From Promethearchaeota archaeon (lineage in GTDB: Archaea; Asgardarchaeota; Lokiarchaeia; Sigyniarchaeales; SOKP01), in NCBI GenBank assembly GCA_019894975.1, contig JAGXNO010000022.1:1-57041 (forward strand): a stretch of DNA of 57,041 nucleotides, in the 5' to 3' direction. Below are positions 40,953 to 50,243 of this stretch, piece after piece (position 1 is the stretch's first letter; each line of letters begins with the position of its first letter). The position numbers and the translations under genes are program-made. The notes beneath the pieces are model-generated. The model saw only the letters and a list, made by a program, of their open reading frames with translations. It did no database searches and was not told the DNA's origin.

Positions 40953-42233
40953 ATGGAAAAAGAACATATTTTTTTAAAACTATTTGGGCAAAAACTCATA
41001 AGTTATAAGAAGCTTAAAAACGGTCAAGTTGCTGGAACTGGACTCCTCAATCCCCTTCTTGATAGACTACGTATTTATCGGTTAATTTTAATGATATTAT
41101 TGCAATCAAACTTCTACAAAAACTATGAAACAATAGGAAGGTGGAAAGGTAAAATGGTTGCTAATACCTTTGCTCCTCCCGTTGGGAGTCGTCCTATGAT
41201 TCGAGCATTAAAAGGACTAGTAAAGTCTCAACTAATGCCTTACCCTTTTCCTGTTGCAATGACTTTTGCAATTACCTATAATTGTCAATGTAAATGCGTT
41301 CATTGTAGTGCTGGCAGACATTATCGAGAAGATAGAAAAGAACTCTCTACAGAAGAAGCTAAAAGATTAATTGATGACGCTCAGAAATTAGGGGTAACCA
41401 TTATAGCTTTTACAGGAGGAGAACCTTTACTGCGGGAAGATCTTTTTGAACTTATTTCTTACGTTGATCAAAAGAAAGCGATGCCTGTTATGTTTACAAA
41501 TGGCCAATTCCTCACTGAAGAAAATGTTGAAAAACTAGCAGAAGCAGGACTTTACTCGCTTTTCTTAAGTGTAGATTCTCCGGATCCTGAGGTACATAAT
41601 GAGTTGAGAGGAATGCCTAATTTACTTGAAACTGCCCTTGAAGGTTTGAAGAGAGTTAAAGAGAAAGGGATATTTGCTTGTTTTTCATCTTATGCAACTC
41701 GCTCTGGAACAGAAAAGGGAGTATATAAAAAGCTTCATGAGTTAGCTATTGAACTTGGTCTTCATAATATAATCTATTTTGATTGTGTACCTACTGGTAA
41801 TATGTTAAAAGACACAAGTGAAATGTTAACTCCCGAATTACATGAGGAACTCCATGAATATTCAGCTGAAGTATTCAGAAAAAAAATTGTCCCCCCTTTA
41901 TCATCGCAAGCTTGGCAAAATTCTGTGGAAGCATATCTTTCCGGAATAGGATGCTTAGCTGCAAATATTCAATATTATGCTTCTGCCTACGGAGATATTT
42001 CCCCTTGTGATTTCTCTCCTCTTTCTTTTGGGAATATTCGTAATGAAAACTTAAAGAATATATGGATGAGGATGGTGAAACATCCTGCGTTCAATCATAA
42101 GAGCCCTTTTTGTAGAATGCAGAACAAGGAATTCAGACATTTCTATATCGATCCTATTCCTGATGATGCATCTCTCCCTTACTCGATGAAAAACCTTCCT
42201 CGCATAGATTATCGGACAGCAGAAATTCCTTAA
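40953..42233 (+). CDS. radical SAM protein with SPASM/twitch domain
   Basis: CQCKCVHC, TGGEP, GC...GDISPC, GNI. Confidence 0.92.
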   Translation: MEKEHIFLKLFGQKLISYKKLKNGQVAGTGLLNPLLDRLRIYRLILMILLQSNFYKNYETIGRWKGKMVANTFAPPVGSRPMIRALKGLVKSQLMPYPFPVAMTFAITYNCQCKCVHCSAGRHYREDRKELSTEEAKRLIDDAQKLGVTIIAFTGGEPLLREDLFELISYVDQKKAMPVMFTNGQFLTEENVEKLAEAGLYSLFLSVDSPDPEVHNELRGMPNLLETALEGLKRVKEKGIFACFSSYATRSGTEKGVYKKLHELAIELGLHNIIYFDCVPTGNMLKDTSEMLTPELHEELHEYSAEVFRKKIVPPLSSQAWQNSVEAYLSGIGCLAANIQYYASAYGDISPCDFSPLSFGNIRNENLKNIWMRMVKHPAFNHKSPFCRMQNKEFRHFYIDPIPDDASLPYSMKNLPRIDYRTAEIP

Positions 42234-42430
42234 GTTGATATTAGATAAAAATTCCTTTTTTTTACCCCCTAATCAACAATAAAGTTGAGTATTGATCTTG
42301 AGGTAATTAAAACCAGGTTGTTCATTAAAAAGAACCTTAAATTGTCTTCCCACCAATTATTGAAGGCTTTAATTTATAATTTTGATAGAATCTTCATTTA
42401 GAACATAATTTCGTTTAAATTAAATAATCT

Positions 42431-42976
42431 CTAAACGTCCATTAAATATTCATCTGGAATTTCTTGTCCTAATCCTGCTTCTTTAAATTTCTGACCATTT
42501 TCTACATAAAGATTAGAACCCCACTCGCCCATTCTTCTTGTTGGATATTCTTTCTTTTTTATTGCTGGAACACCTGCATAAAGACAATTATCCTCTGTTT
42601 CGCCTTTAATAACAGCCCCTCCAGCTATAATCACTCCTGATCCTATTTTTGAATTCTGTAAAACAGAAGCGCTAATTCCTATTAATGTCTTGTCACCAAT
42701 AGTTGTGGGACCATGGACCATTGATAAATGGCCAAGAGTAACATTCTTTCCTATTTTACACAATCCCTTAACTGTAGAATGGATTACACAATTTTCCTGA
42801 ATACTTGTGTTTTCTCCCACAATAATTTTTCCCCAGTCCCCCCTTAATTTCGCGCCAAACCATATATTTACGTAAGCACCAATCTCAACATCCCCAATAA
42901 TAACCACATCTTTTGCTATAAAAGCGGTAGGATGGATAGAGGGAGTTGTTCCGTCATACGGTGATGCAACAATCAT
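42431..42976 (-). CDS. gamma-class carbonic anhydrase family (PaaY/CaiE-like)
   Basis: Hexapeptide repeats, LRGD, IQENCVIH, GH...H. Confidence 0.9.
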   Translation of the reverse strand: MIVASPYDGTTPSIHPTAFIAKDVVIIGDVEIGAYVNIWFGAKLRGDWGKIIVGENTSIQENCVIHSTVKGLCKIGKNVTLGHLSMVHGPTTIGDKTLIGISASVLQNSKIGSGVIIAGGAVIKGETEDNCLYAGVPAIKKKEYPTRRMGEWGSNLYVENGQKFKEAGLGQEIPDEYLMDV

Positions 42977-43146
42977 GTTTAGAACCTAATAACCTTTTTA
43001 AAAAAATATTGATTGATTTCTAAAGAGTCAAAAATTATTTAAGATTTTTGAATTATGCAAATAGTCCAATTTCTATAACATGATATATTAATAAATTTGA
43101 AATTTCATTACTTTAGTGAATATTAACAAACAGACTGAAATAAACA

Positions 43147-43626
43147 ATGAAAGTCAATCTAGTTTATGAAGAAAATTTTCAATTAGACGTTAATCAAGCA
43201 TTTGATATAACAATGCAGTGGTTAAAGAGCCAATATAAGGCAAAGATTAAAGTATCAACACCTCCCAAATATATTGAAGCTAAGCAAGGGACTATGATGA
43301 CTAATACTGGTCATGATCCAAATTGGAAAAAGAGAATTGGGATTACATTTTATGAATTAGATGGAGAAAGGACATTGTTAAGAGTGGAAGCAACTCCGCT
43401 TGCGCGAAACATATTTAGAGTAGAAAAACTCAAAGAGTCTTGGTTTAAAGGTTTATTCTCTCATTTATTTTCACTCCTTCAAAATGTAGGAGAAGAAAAT
43501 AAGCCAAAAGTTGCATTCCAATCCAATTTTGAGAGTAAAGACAAATCTAAATATTGCCCCAATTGTGGAGAGAGCATTGAGGAACAAATTATTATTTGTC
43601 CTGCGTGTGGTATTACATTAATTTAA
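43147..43626 (+). CDS. hypothetical protein with a C-terminal zinc ribbon
   Basis: YCPNCG...ICPACG. Confidence 0.75.
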   Translation: MKVNLVYEENFQLDVNQAFDITMQWLKSQYKAKIKVSTPPKYIEAKQGTMMTNTGHDPNWKKRIGITFYELDGERTLLRVEATPLARNIFRVEKLKESWFKGLFSHLFSLLQNVGEENKPKVAFQSNFESKDKSKYCPNCGESIEEQIIICPACGITLI

Positions 43627-43799
43627 TCAACAAGAAAATAAGCAGAAACAAGCAATAAACAAATCATTAAAATCAGTAGTGTAAAACTTATCATAAAACA
43701 AGGCTCCGATTGAGTGACATGACAGAGAGACGAAGCTAAAATATATAATACAGTTACATAAATAAACGACAGAAACGATACTACGATTTTATATTTCAT
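43623..43799 (-). CDS. 58-aa two-TM small protein not in the ORF track
   Basis: MKYKIVVSFLSFIYVTVLYILASSLCHVTQSEPCFMISFTLLILMICLLLVSAYFLVD*; co-directional and 35 bp downstream of the MaoC gene. Confidence 0.5.
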   Translation of the reverse strand: MKYKIVVSFLSFIYVTVLYILASSLCHVTQSEPCFMISFTLLILMICLLLVSAYFLVD

Positions 43800-43834
43800 T
43801 ACAATAAAATATCTGCTTTTTTTATTAAGGTTTT

Positions 43835-44326
43835 CTACATTTTGAAATTGCGTTTTTTTAACATGTGAGTCATTTCAAAAGACATTACAAATTGTTTAGC
43901 TAGATCCTTATTGACTTTATTGATTGTAAATAAAGATTTTAATATACCCCTATCAGGATAGCTATTTGATTCCTTCTTATGAAGTATCTTCACACCAGCT
44001 TCCATAGTCTCACCAACTCTAAGAGAGGTTTTAAATTTTAAGTTTTGAATTCCAAGTAACGCAATTACAGTCTTTTCATAAATACCTGTCTTTAAAAAAA
44101 GTCCAATTGCTAAAGGAATGATAAATGGGCCCGGAAAAACGGGAGTTTTATAGGGCATTTCTTTTTCAGCATAGAGCTCATCAAAGAACATCGATAAATT
44201 AAACCAGCATAAATTACAAAAATTGAGTAAGTCTGCCTCTTTTAATGTTCTCCTCGATGTTGTATATACTTCTCCCTCATTAAATTCCTCATAAAATTTT
44301 CCATGTTTATAAGAGATTGTTACCAC
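43835..44326 (-). CDS. MaoC-like (hotdog) dehydratase
   Basis: GKFYEEFNEGEVYTTSRRTL.EAD; catalytic D/H motif appears divergent. Confidence 0.8.
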   Translation of the reverse strand: MVTISYKHGKFYEEFNEGEVYTTSRRTLKEADLLNFCNLCWFNLSMFFDELYAEKEMPYKTPVFPGPFIIPLAIGLFLKTGIYEKTVIALLGIQNLKFKTSLRVGETMEAGVKILHKKESNSYPDRGILKSLFTINKVNKDLAKQFVMSFEMTHMLKKRNFKM

Positions 44327-44544
44327 CCCAATCTATTTTATATTCTAATCTACTAATTATGAGTCTAATTTTAAATGAATCATTTACTGATATTAACTTT
44401 TATTGAATTCTACAATCTCTCTATCTACTATGTAATAATTAGAGCTAAAGTTTATAATGTTATTACTCCTTTTTTTTGTAGGAATATAAATACCTCAAGA
44501 TCAGAGAAGTATCCTTGAAAATTATCTTTAGAGTTTAAAATTTA

Positions 44545-45030
44545 ATGAAAGACGAAACTGAAGAAGATACCTTCAATATCATCAAATCTAATGAAATCAA
44601 TGAATATATTGCTATTACATATGAAACTTGTGGTAATTCTAATAAGGATGTTAAAATTATAGTTTATATTAAAAATAATCCTTTAATTACCATCCCAAGC
44701 ACTTCATATCCTAGCTTAGAGAATTTTTTTCAAGGCTCAATAAAGTCTCTTAATTTAGATAAAATGACCCAAAAAAAGAACTTAGCTATAACTGTTTACC
44801 AAAAACTACTAAGAGATTTAATGTTATGGTCTGAAAATAACTATACTACTAAATATATTGACTACAGAATGGCATTCCCCTTATTAAAAGAATTGTGCAA
44901 GGTTGGAAACACTAAATTTCAAATTATTTTCCAACAAGAAATTTTAAAGGAGTACGCTACCAATAGTTCACAGGTTAAAGAATTTTTAAAACGGGAAGGT
45001 TACCTAAAACTAATTGGAGACTTTTTTTAA
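44545..45030 (+). CDS. hypothetical protein (Lokiarchaeia-type domain)
   Basis: INEYI...WSENNY...AFPLLKEL...EGYL pattern. Confidence 0.65.
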   Translation: MKDETEEDTFNIIKSNEINEYIAITYETCGNSNKDVKIIVYIKNNPLITIPSTSYPSLENFFQGSIKSLNLDKMTQKKNLAITVYQKLLRDLMLWSENNYTTKYIDYRMAFPLLKELCKVGNTKFQIIFQQEILKEYATNSSQVKEFLKREGYLKLIGDFF

Positions 45031-45089
45031 ATTCTCTCTTTAAGGAAAAAAAAAATAAAAAAATTAATAGATTTTGCAATTAACTGGAT

Positions 45090-46568
45090 TTAAGATTTAT
45101 TTAATTCATCATTAATGCCAGCAATTCTTTTTACAATATCTTTTCTAGATTCAATATCATACTGAGTAGTAATTGCAATACTTTCCATTACAGGCGAACC
45201 CCCACCATGATAACTCCCAAAGAGATGTACACCTCCAGATGCAGAGACATACATATCACCGATAAATCTCCAGAATTGAGCCGCGTTTTCAGGTGAAATA
45301 TTAGGGTTTCTAGTTATATATTTATAAAGTTGTTCTCTTAATTCTGGATTTACAAAATCTCCTTCATGAGGGAAAGTTGCAGGAATTCCTCCTGAAAGAT
45401 CAACTATAATTTCAGCTTCACGAAAAACATTTTCTCCTGATAAACATCTTCCCACATTGCAATAAATAGAATTTGGTATGTAACTTCCTGGCCCATATGG
45501 GATAAATCCGATTCCAGGCATATATACTTCTGGCTTACCTAAATCGGAGGCAGTATATCCCGCAGCATAGCCTAATTCCGTAACCATAATTAATTCAGCT
45601 AATTTACTCCTCACATGAGATGCTCTATGAATATTATTATATTCTGCTGCCAAAGCCGCAGTTCCTACTAATAAATCTCCTATTGCAGGTTTACATCCTG
45701 AATAACTATGTCGATGGAATAGAGCGAATAATAAGGCGAGAGTACCAGCATGTTGATGTTCACCACAGAGAAAAACTCTTTCCCATGGGACAAATACATC
45801 ATCAAAAATAATATAGGAATCAGTTGCCCCAGGCATAAATCCTCGTTTAAAATGTTCTCTTTCACGAAGGTTATGAATTGTCACTACTTGTTTTACTCCT
45901 TCGTAATCCCCAGGTACCGCAAATGCAACAGCATAATCTTTATCTTCGGGTCTCAATGCCCTAGTTGGTACTACAATGATCTCATCAGAAACAGAAGCTT
46001 CAGAGATGTGAACTTTGCATCCTCGAACGATAATTCCATCATCTCGTTTTTCTACCACACGAACATACATATCTGGATCTTCTTGATCTGCAGGTCTTTT
46101 TATTCTATTACCTTTTACATCGGTTTGAGCACAAGCTGCAATTAAATCTTCTCTTTGAAATCGTTCCATCCATTTTTTAAAATTCTCATGGTAATTAGTT
46201 TCCCCATTGTTGGATTTATCTGCCTCGTAGCTAACATTATATACCGCATTAGCTCCGTCACAACCCATGCATCGTTGTATACATCCACCTACTTTTTGGC
46301 AGAGCTTACGAGTCATGTCTTGCTTCCTGTGAAGGTCCTCAGTACTTTGATGTATGTGCGTAAAACGGTTAATTATATCCCCCGTAAGATGAGATTTTGC
46401 GAAAATAAGATCTTTATATTCTGGATCATCCACTACATCAAAGGTAGTACCGATAGTATTTAGGCAAGGAATTTGTCGTTCATCTAATCTATCGATTCGT
46501 TCACCGTTAAAGAAAATATTATTCTTCATTTTACTTAGGTCATTCATGTATTCTTCTTTTGTTCTCAT
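45090..46568 (-). CDS. 4-hydroxybutyryl-CoA dehydratase-like (AbfD/HpaB family)
   Basis: CIQRCMG and HRHSYSGCK Fe-S ligands, AQTDVKG, HGGGSP. Confidence 0.88.
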   Translation of the reverse strand: MRTKEEYMNDLSKMKNNIFFNGERIDRLDERQIPCLNTIGTTFDVVDDPEYKDLIFAKSHLTGDIINRFTHIHQSTEDLHRKQDMTRKLCQKVGGCIQRCMGCDGANAVYNVSYEADKSNNGETNYHENFKKWMERFQREDLIAACAQTDVKGNRIKRPADQEDPDMYVRVVEKRDDGIIVRGCKVHISEASVSDEIIVVPTRALRPEDKDYAVAFAVPGDYEGVKQVVTIHNLREREHFKRGFMPGATDSYIIFDDVFVPWERVFLCGEHQHAGTLALLFALFHRHSYSGCKPAIGDLLVGTAALAAEYNNIHRASHVRSKLAELIMVTELGYAAGYTASDLGKPEVYMPGIGFIPYGPGSYIPNSIYCNVGRCLSGENVFREAEIIVDLSGGIPATFPHEGDFVNPELREQLYKYITRNPNISPENAAQFWRFIGDMYVSASGGVHLFGSYHGGGSPVMESIAITTQYDIESRKDIVKRIAGINDELNKS

Positions 46569-46898
46569 TTTTTATACCTCGTTTATAAAATATTAGAGAA
46601 AAATTCCATTTTATAATATTACCCTTTTTAAGAGCCAATAAAAAGAGGTAATAAACTACAAAATAGTCATCTTCTACTTATTATATTTTATTAATTAAAA
46701 TATAAATTATTTATTGATTTTAGTCTGAATCTAAATCTCAAATCTTTGGCTTTTCTCCCATGTAAAAAAGAGGCTACTTTGTGAGTTTAAGTCATTCAAA
46801 TAAGTCTAAAAAGATAGTATAATCATTCAATTCTTTAATTATCAATCTTTTTACAATATAACTTACAATTATAAATTTACTACTAGGAGAATTGTGCT

Positions 46899-48407
46899 AT
46901 GGATGTCGAAGAAAAGCTAGATCTGATGAAAACTATGTTTAATCCAAAAAACGTTGCGCTTATGGGAGCAACGAGTAAAATGGGTAAAATCGGTTCTTTA
47001 GTAGGTATGAGTCTGTTAAGCTGTGGATTTAAGAAGAAAATATTTCCTATTAATCCAAGTCCTAATTATCAAGGCAAAAAAATACTAGGATTTGATGTTT
47101 ATTCCTCTCTCGATAAATGTCCTGAACAAATTGATTTAGTGGGAATAGTTGTGCCCCCAAATGCGGTAGTAGATTCAGTGAAGCAAGCAATAGAAAATGA
47201 CATTAAAACAGCAGCGATAATCACAGCGGGATTTGGGGAGGTAAAAAGCGATGAGCGACAGAACGAAAATAAAGAATTAGTTAAAGTTGCCGAAAAGGGA
47301 GGTTTAATCTTTGTTGGACCTAATTCCATGGGATTTTATTCCTCAGAAGATACAACCTCCCCTTTGCATTTAGGATTTGGTTTTATGCTTCCTAATCCTG
47401 GAAATATTTCAATTGTATCACAATCTGGAACCATGGGAACAATTCTGTGTAACGCATTACAGAGAATCAGATATTTTGTGTCAAGTGGGAATGAAGCCTC
47501 TTTAACCCTTGAAGATTATCTGCAATATTATGCTCAAGATGAAGAAACAAAAACTATAGCTTTATTCGCTGAGGGGTTACGCGCAGGTAAGCGATTTAAA
47601 GAAATATGTACTGAAATGACTAAAAAGAAACCTGTCCTTTTCCTCAAAGCAGGTATCACCAAAACTGGTGCAAGAGCTGCTAATAGTCATACTGGTTCAA
47701 TTGCGGGTTCATTAGATATTTACAAATCAGTTTTTAAACAAACTGGTGTAATATTTGCTGATCAAATAATGGAATTCATCTACCTTATCAAAGGAGCACA
47801 TTTTCTTCTCCCTCTTCCTGATCATGATCCTCTACGAGCAGGTATTATAAGTGGAGGCGGTGGTTTTGTGGTACATCTTACTGATCTATGTGAAAAGCAT
47901 GGAATCAACGTAGTTGATTTACAGACAGAACCAAATGGTCCTAAACTTATAGAAGATATTTCAGAACACCTTCCTTTCTATTGGAGTCATAATAATCCCG
48001 TCGATATGGTTGCTACGAACAATCCCAATGCTTATCAAAATGTAATGAAACTTATGTTAGATTCTGACTGTTTTGATATTATTTTTACTATGACTTCCGC
48101 CACGTTTCACGAAAGGATAAAGATGTTGAAACCTGTAAACGAATCTGGAAAAATAATGAAGGAAATGATGATGTCGAGAAGGGGTGATATGATAAATCAA
48201 ATAGTTGATAGTGAAATAAAATTAGCTCAAAGCCAACTTACTAAGAAGTTAATTTACGTTTCATTAACCCCTAATCTTGGTAATCCGCTCTATGACAAAT
48301 ATGATGAAAATCAAGTAATGGTGTTCGGTGGAAATTTTGAGACTGCTGCGATTGTATTAAGAAAACTTCATGACTATCAAACATTTATTAGCCGTTCTTC
48401 TTCTTGA
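46899..48407 (+). CDS. ADP-forming acyl-CoA synthetase, alpha subunit
   Basis: CoA-binding domain, GPNSMG, SQSG, GNEA, phospho-His SHTGS, NPVD. Confidence 0.9.
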   Translation: MDVEEKLDLMKTMFNPKNVALMGATSKMGKIGSLVGMSLLSCGFKKKIFPINPSPNYQGKKILGFDVYSSLDKCPEQIDLVGIVVPPNAVVDSVKQAIENDIKTAAIITAGFGEVKSDERQNENKELVKVAEKGGLIFVGPNSMGFYSSEDTTSPLHLGFGFMLPNPGNISIVSQSGTMGTILCNALQRIRYFVSSGNEASLTLEDYLQYYAQDEETKTIALFAEGLRAGKRFKEICTEMTKKKPVLFLKAGITKTGARAANSHTGSIAGSLDIYKSVFKQTGVIFADQIMEFIYLIKGAHFLLPLPDHDPLRAGIISGGGGFVVHLTDLCEKHGINVVDLQTEPNGPKLIEDISEHLPFYWSHNNPVDMVATNNPNAYQNVMKLMLDSDCFDIIFTMTSATFHERIKMLKPVNESGKIMKEMMMSRRGDMINQIVDSEIKLAQSQLTKKLIYVSLTPNLGNPLYDKYDENQVMVFGGNFETAAIVLRKLHDYQTFISRSSS

Positions 48408-48535
48408 TCTTTCCTCTTTTCCACTAAATCGAGATTGAAGGGCTCTAATTATTCTTTTTGAAAGCTTTTTGATAAAAATGTAAAAAAATAGTAATTATAA
48501 TAAAATTCTCACTCAAATATATACTGTTTTCTTTG

Positions 48536-48919
48536 TTATTTTGTCTCTAAAACTGCGCGAGCTTTTTCTAAATTATCAACTCCAATAACTATTCTGTTAT
48601 TTTCAGTCAAATAAATTAGATCTATATTAACACCTGCTTTCCCTATTTTTCGAGCCAGTTTCCCTCCAGAACCGGGTTTTCCTGCGATATGACCTATATC
48701 CAAAACAAGTACTTCCCGAACTGCACGTACTTCAAACCCTTCATTCTCTAGAACCCATTTGGTTGTCGTTTCATCTTCAACTAAAATGTGAATGATTCCA
48801 TCCTCATTTAGAGGAAACCCACATAACCCTTCTATATTAATCCCATTTTTACCTAGAACTTCCCCCATATCAGCTAACATTCCTGGTTCATTTTTCAAAA
48901 TTACAGTAAGATCTCTCAT
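48536..48919 (-). CDS. tandem ACT domain protein
   Basis: NEPGMLA...GINI and KPG...GVNI repeats. Confidence 0.88.
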   Translation of the reverse strand: MRDLTVILKNEPGMLADMGEVLGKNGINIEGLCGFPLNEDGIIHILVEDETTTKWVLENEGFEVRAVREVLVLDIGHIAGKPGSGGKLARKIGKAGVNIDLIYLTENNRIVIGVDNLEKARAVLETK

Positions 48920-49077
48920 TTTATTATTCCTCTTGTATCTAATTATGTTATTTATTAAACTTAACTAAATTTCATTATCATTAGATTTTATACCAATGCT
49001 TAATAAAGTCATTTCTCTATTTAAGCTTTATAAATTACTTAAAAAATAATCATATAAGTGAAAGTAGTTCAATTACT

Positions 49078-49569
49078 CTAAGAGTATAGTTCTTTTATGT
49101 AACTTCTCAATGTTTCAATATTTTCAAAATAAAATAAGGTTATTTCTTCCTTAAAAAAAGGAGTTAGCAATCCTCCTCTTTTTAGAACCTCAGTTATATC
49201 CGTATCTTTTAACACAAATACTTTTGTCTTGTTAAAAAATTCTTCAAAGGAGAGGATAATTCCCATCTCAATCATGTGTCCTCCTTTATCATGTTCTATT
49301 ACCATGATTATCTCATTCGAAAATTTTGCAATAAGATCGAATTTTAAAATCAGATTCTCAAGATGGGTGCGATGAAATTCCTTTTCAAAAAACCCAAGGT
49401 TGTTTTCTATAGAATTTACTATTTTTTGAACTTCTTGAAGGGTAATAAATGTCTCATTACTATATGAACCACAAATAAAGATTTTATTTTTCTGCAAATC
49501 GTAAACTGAAAAAATATTAATAAACTCATCTAAAAAATCATCCCAGGCACTATCGTGTGAAATTTGCAT
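49078..49569 (-). CDS. hypothetical protein with a flavodoxin-like NDT/TIR-type pattern
   Basis: KIFICGSY ... SNEIIMVIE..KGGHMIEMG. Confidence 0.55.
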   Translation of the reverse strand: MQISHDSAWDDFLDEFINIFSVYDLQKNKIFICGSYSNETFITLQEVQKIVNSIENNLGFFEKEFHRTHLENLILKFDLIAKFSNEIIMVIEHDKGGHMIEMGIILSFEEFFNKTKVFVLKDTDITEVLKRGGLLTPFFKEEITLFYFENIETLRSYIKELYS

Positions 49570-49641
49570 GCTATTCCCCCAATTTATATAAAATAATTTA
49601 AAAATTCATTTATGCTATAAATTATTATATATCAATAATAA

Positions 49642-49665
49642 TTGACTCAATCGATTTTGAGTTAA
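49642..49665. promoter_or_regulatory. palindromic operator candidate
   Basis: TTGACTCAA-N6-TTGAGTTAA between divergent genes. Confidence 0.5.
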
Positions 49666-49726
49666 ATTTAAATACATGATTATGCTTATTTAACATGAAA
49701 ATAGATGAGAAAATTAATATGAATAT

Positions 49727-50083
49727 ATGGGGGTAAATGATTTGGAAACTCCAAAAAAATTGGAAAATATGAGGAAAGAATTGGAAATTATATCAGAAAA
49801 AACAAGGTATAAAATACTACTTACTTTATTAGCTAGTGAAAACTCTCTCTCTTTCAGTCAACTGAGAGAACTACTACCTTCTATTCCAGAAAATACCTTA
49901 AATTATCATCTCAAAATTCTTAAAGAGAATGATTTTATTAAGAACGAGAAAAGAACGGAATACAAACGCTCTGAACCTCGCTCATTTTATTCGCTTAGCA
50001 AAAGATCGGTGGATTTACTTGGAAGTTTAGGACTAACAGCAGTAAAGAAAGAATTTCAAGCCCTATTCAAACAAATGACTTAA
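49727..50083 (+). CDS. ArsR-family winged-helix regulator
   Basis: TRYKILLTL, LSFSQL, LNYHLKILKE, FYSLS. Confidence 0.88.
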   Translation: MGVNDLETPKKLENMRKELEIISEKTRYKILLTLLASENSLSFSQLRELLPSIPENTLNYHLKILKENDFIKNEKRTEYKRSEPRSFYSLSKRSVDLLGSLGLTAVKKEFQALFKQMT

Positions 50084-50243
50084 TTTTTCCTCAATTATAC
50101 CCATTTTCGCAACCTGCAAGGTTTTTAAATCCTTTTTGTACTTTTTAAATCTAAAAAGTTATAAATTTCCATAAATTTAGCAATAAATAATTCATAAATT
50201 GCATTTTTGTTATCAAATAGTAAGATAAAATTGGGGATGCTAA

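Noticed and set aside
43670-43790. Possible RNA stem AAAATCAGTAGT...ACTACGATTTT
   Set aside because: Better explained by the small minus-strand ORF; pairing is short and AT-rich
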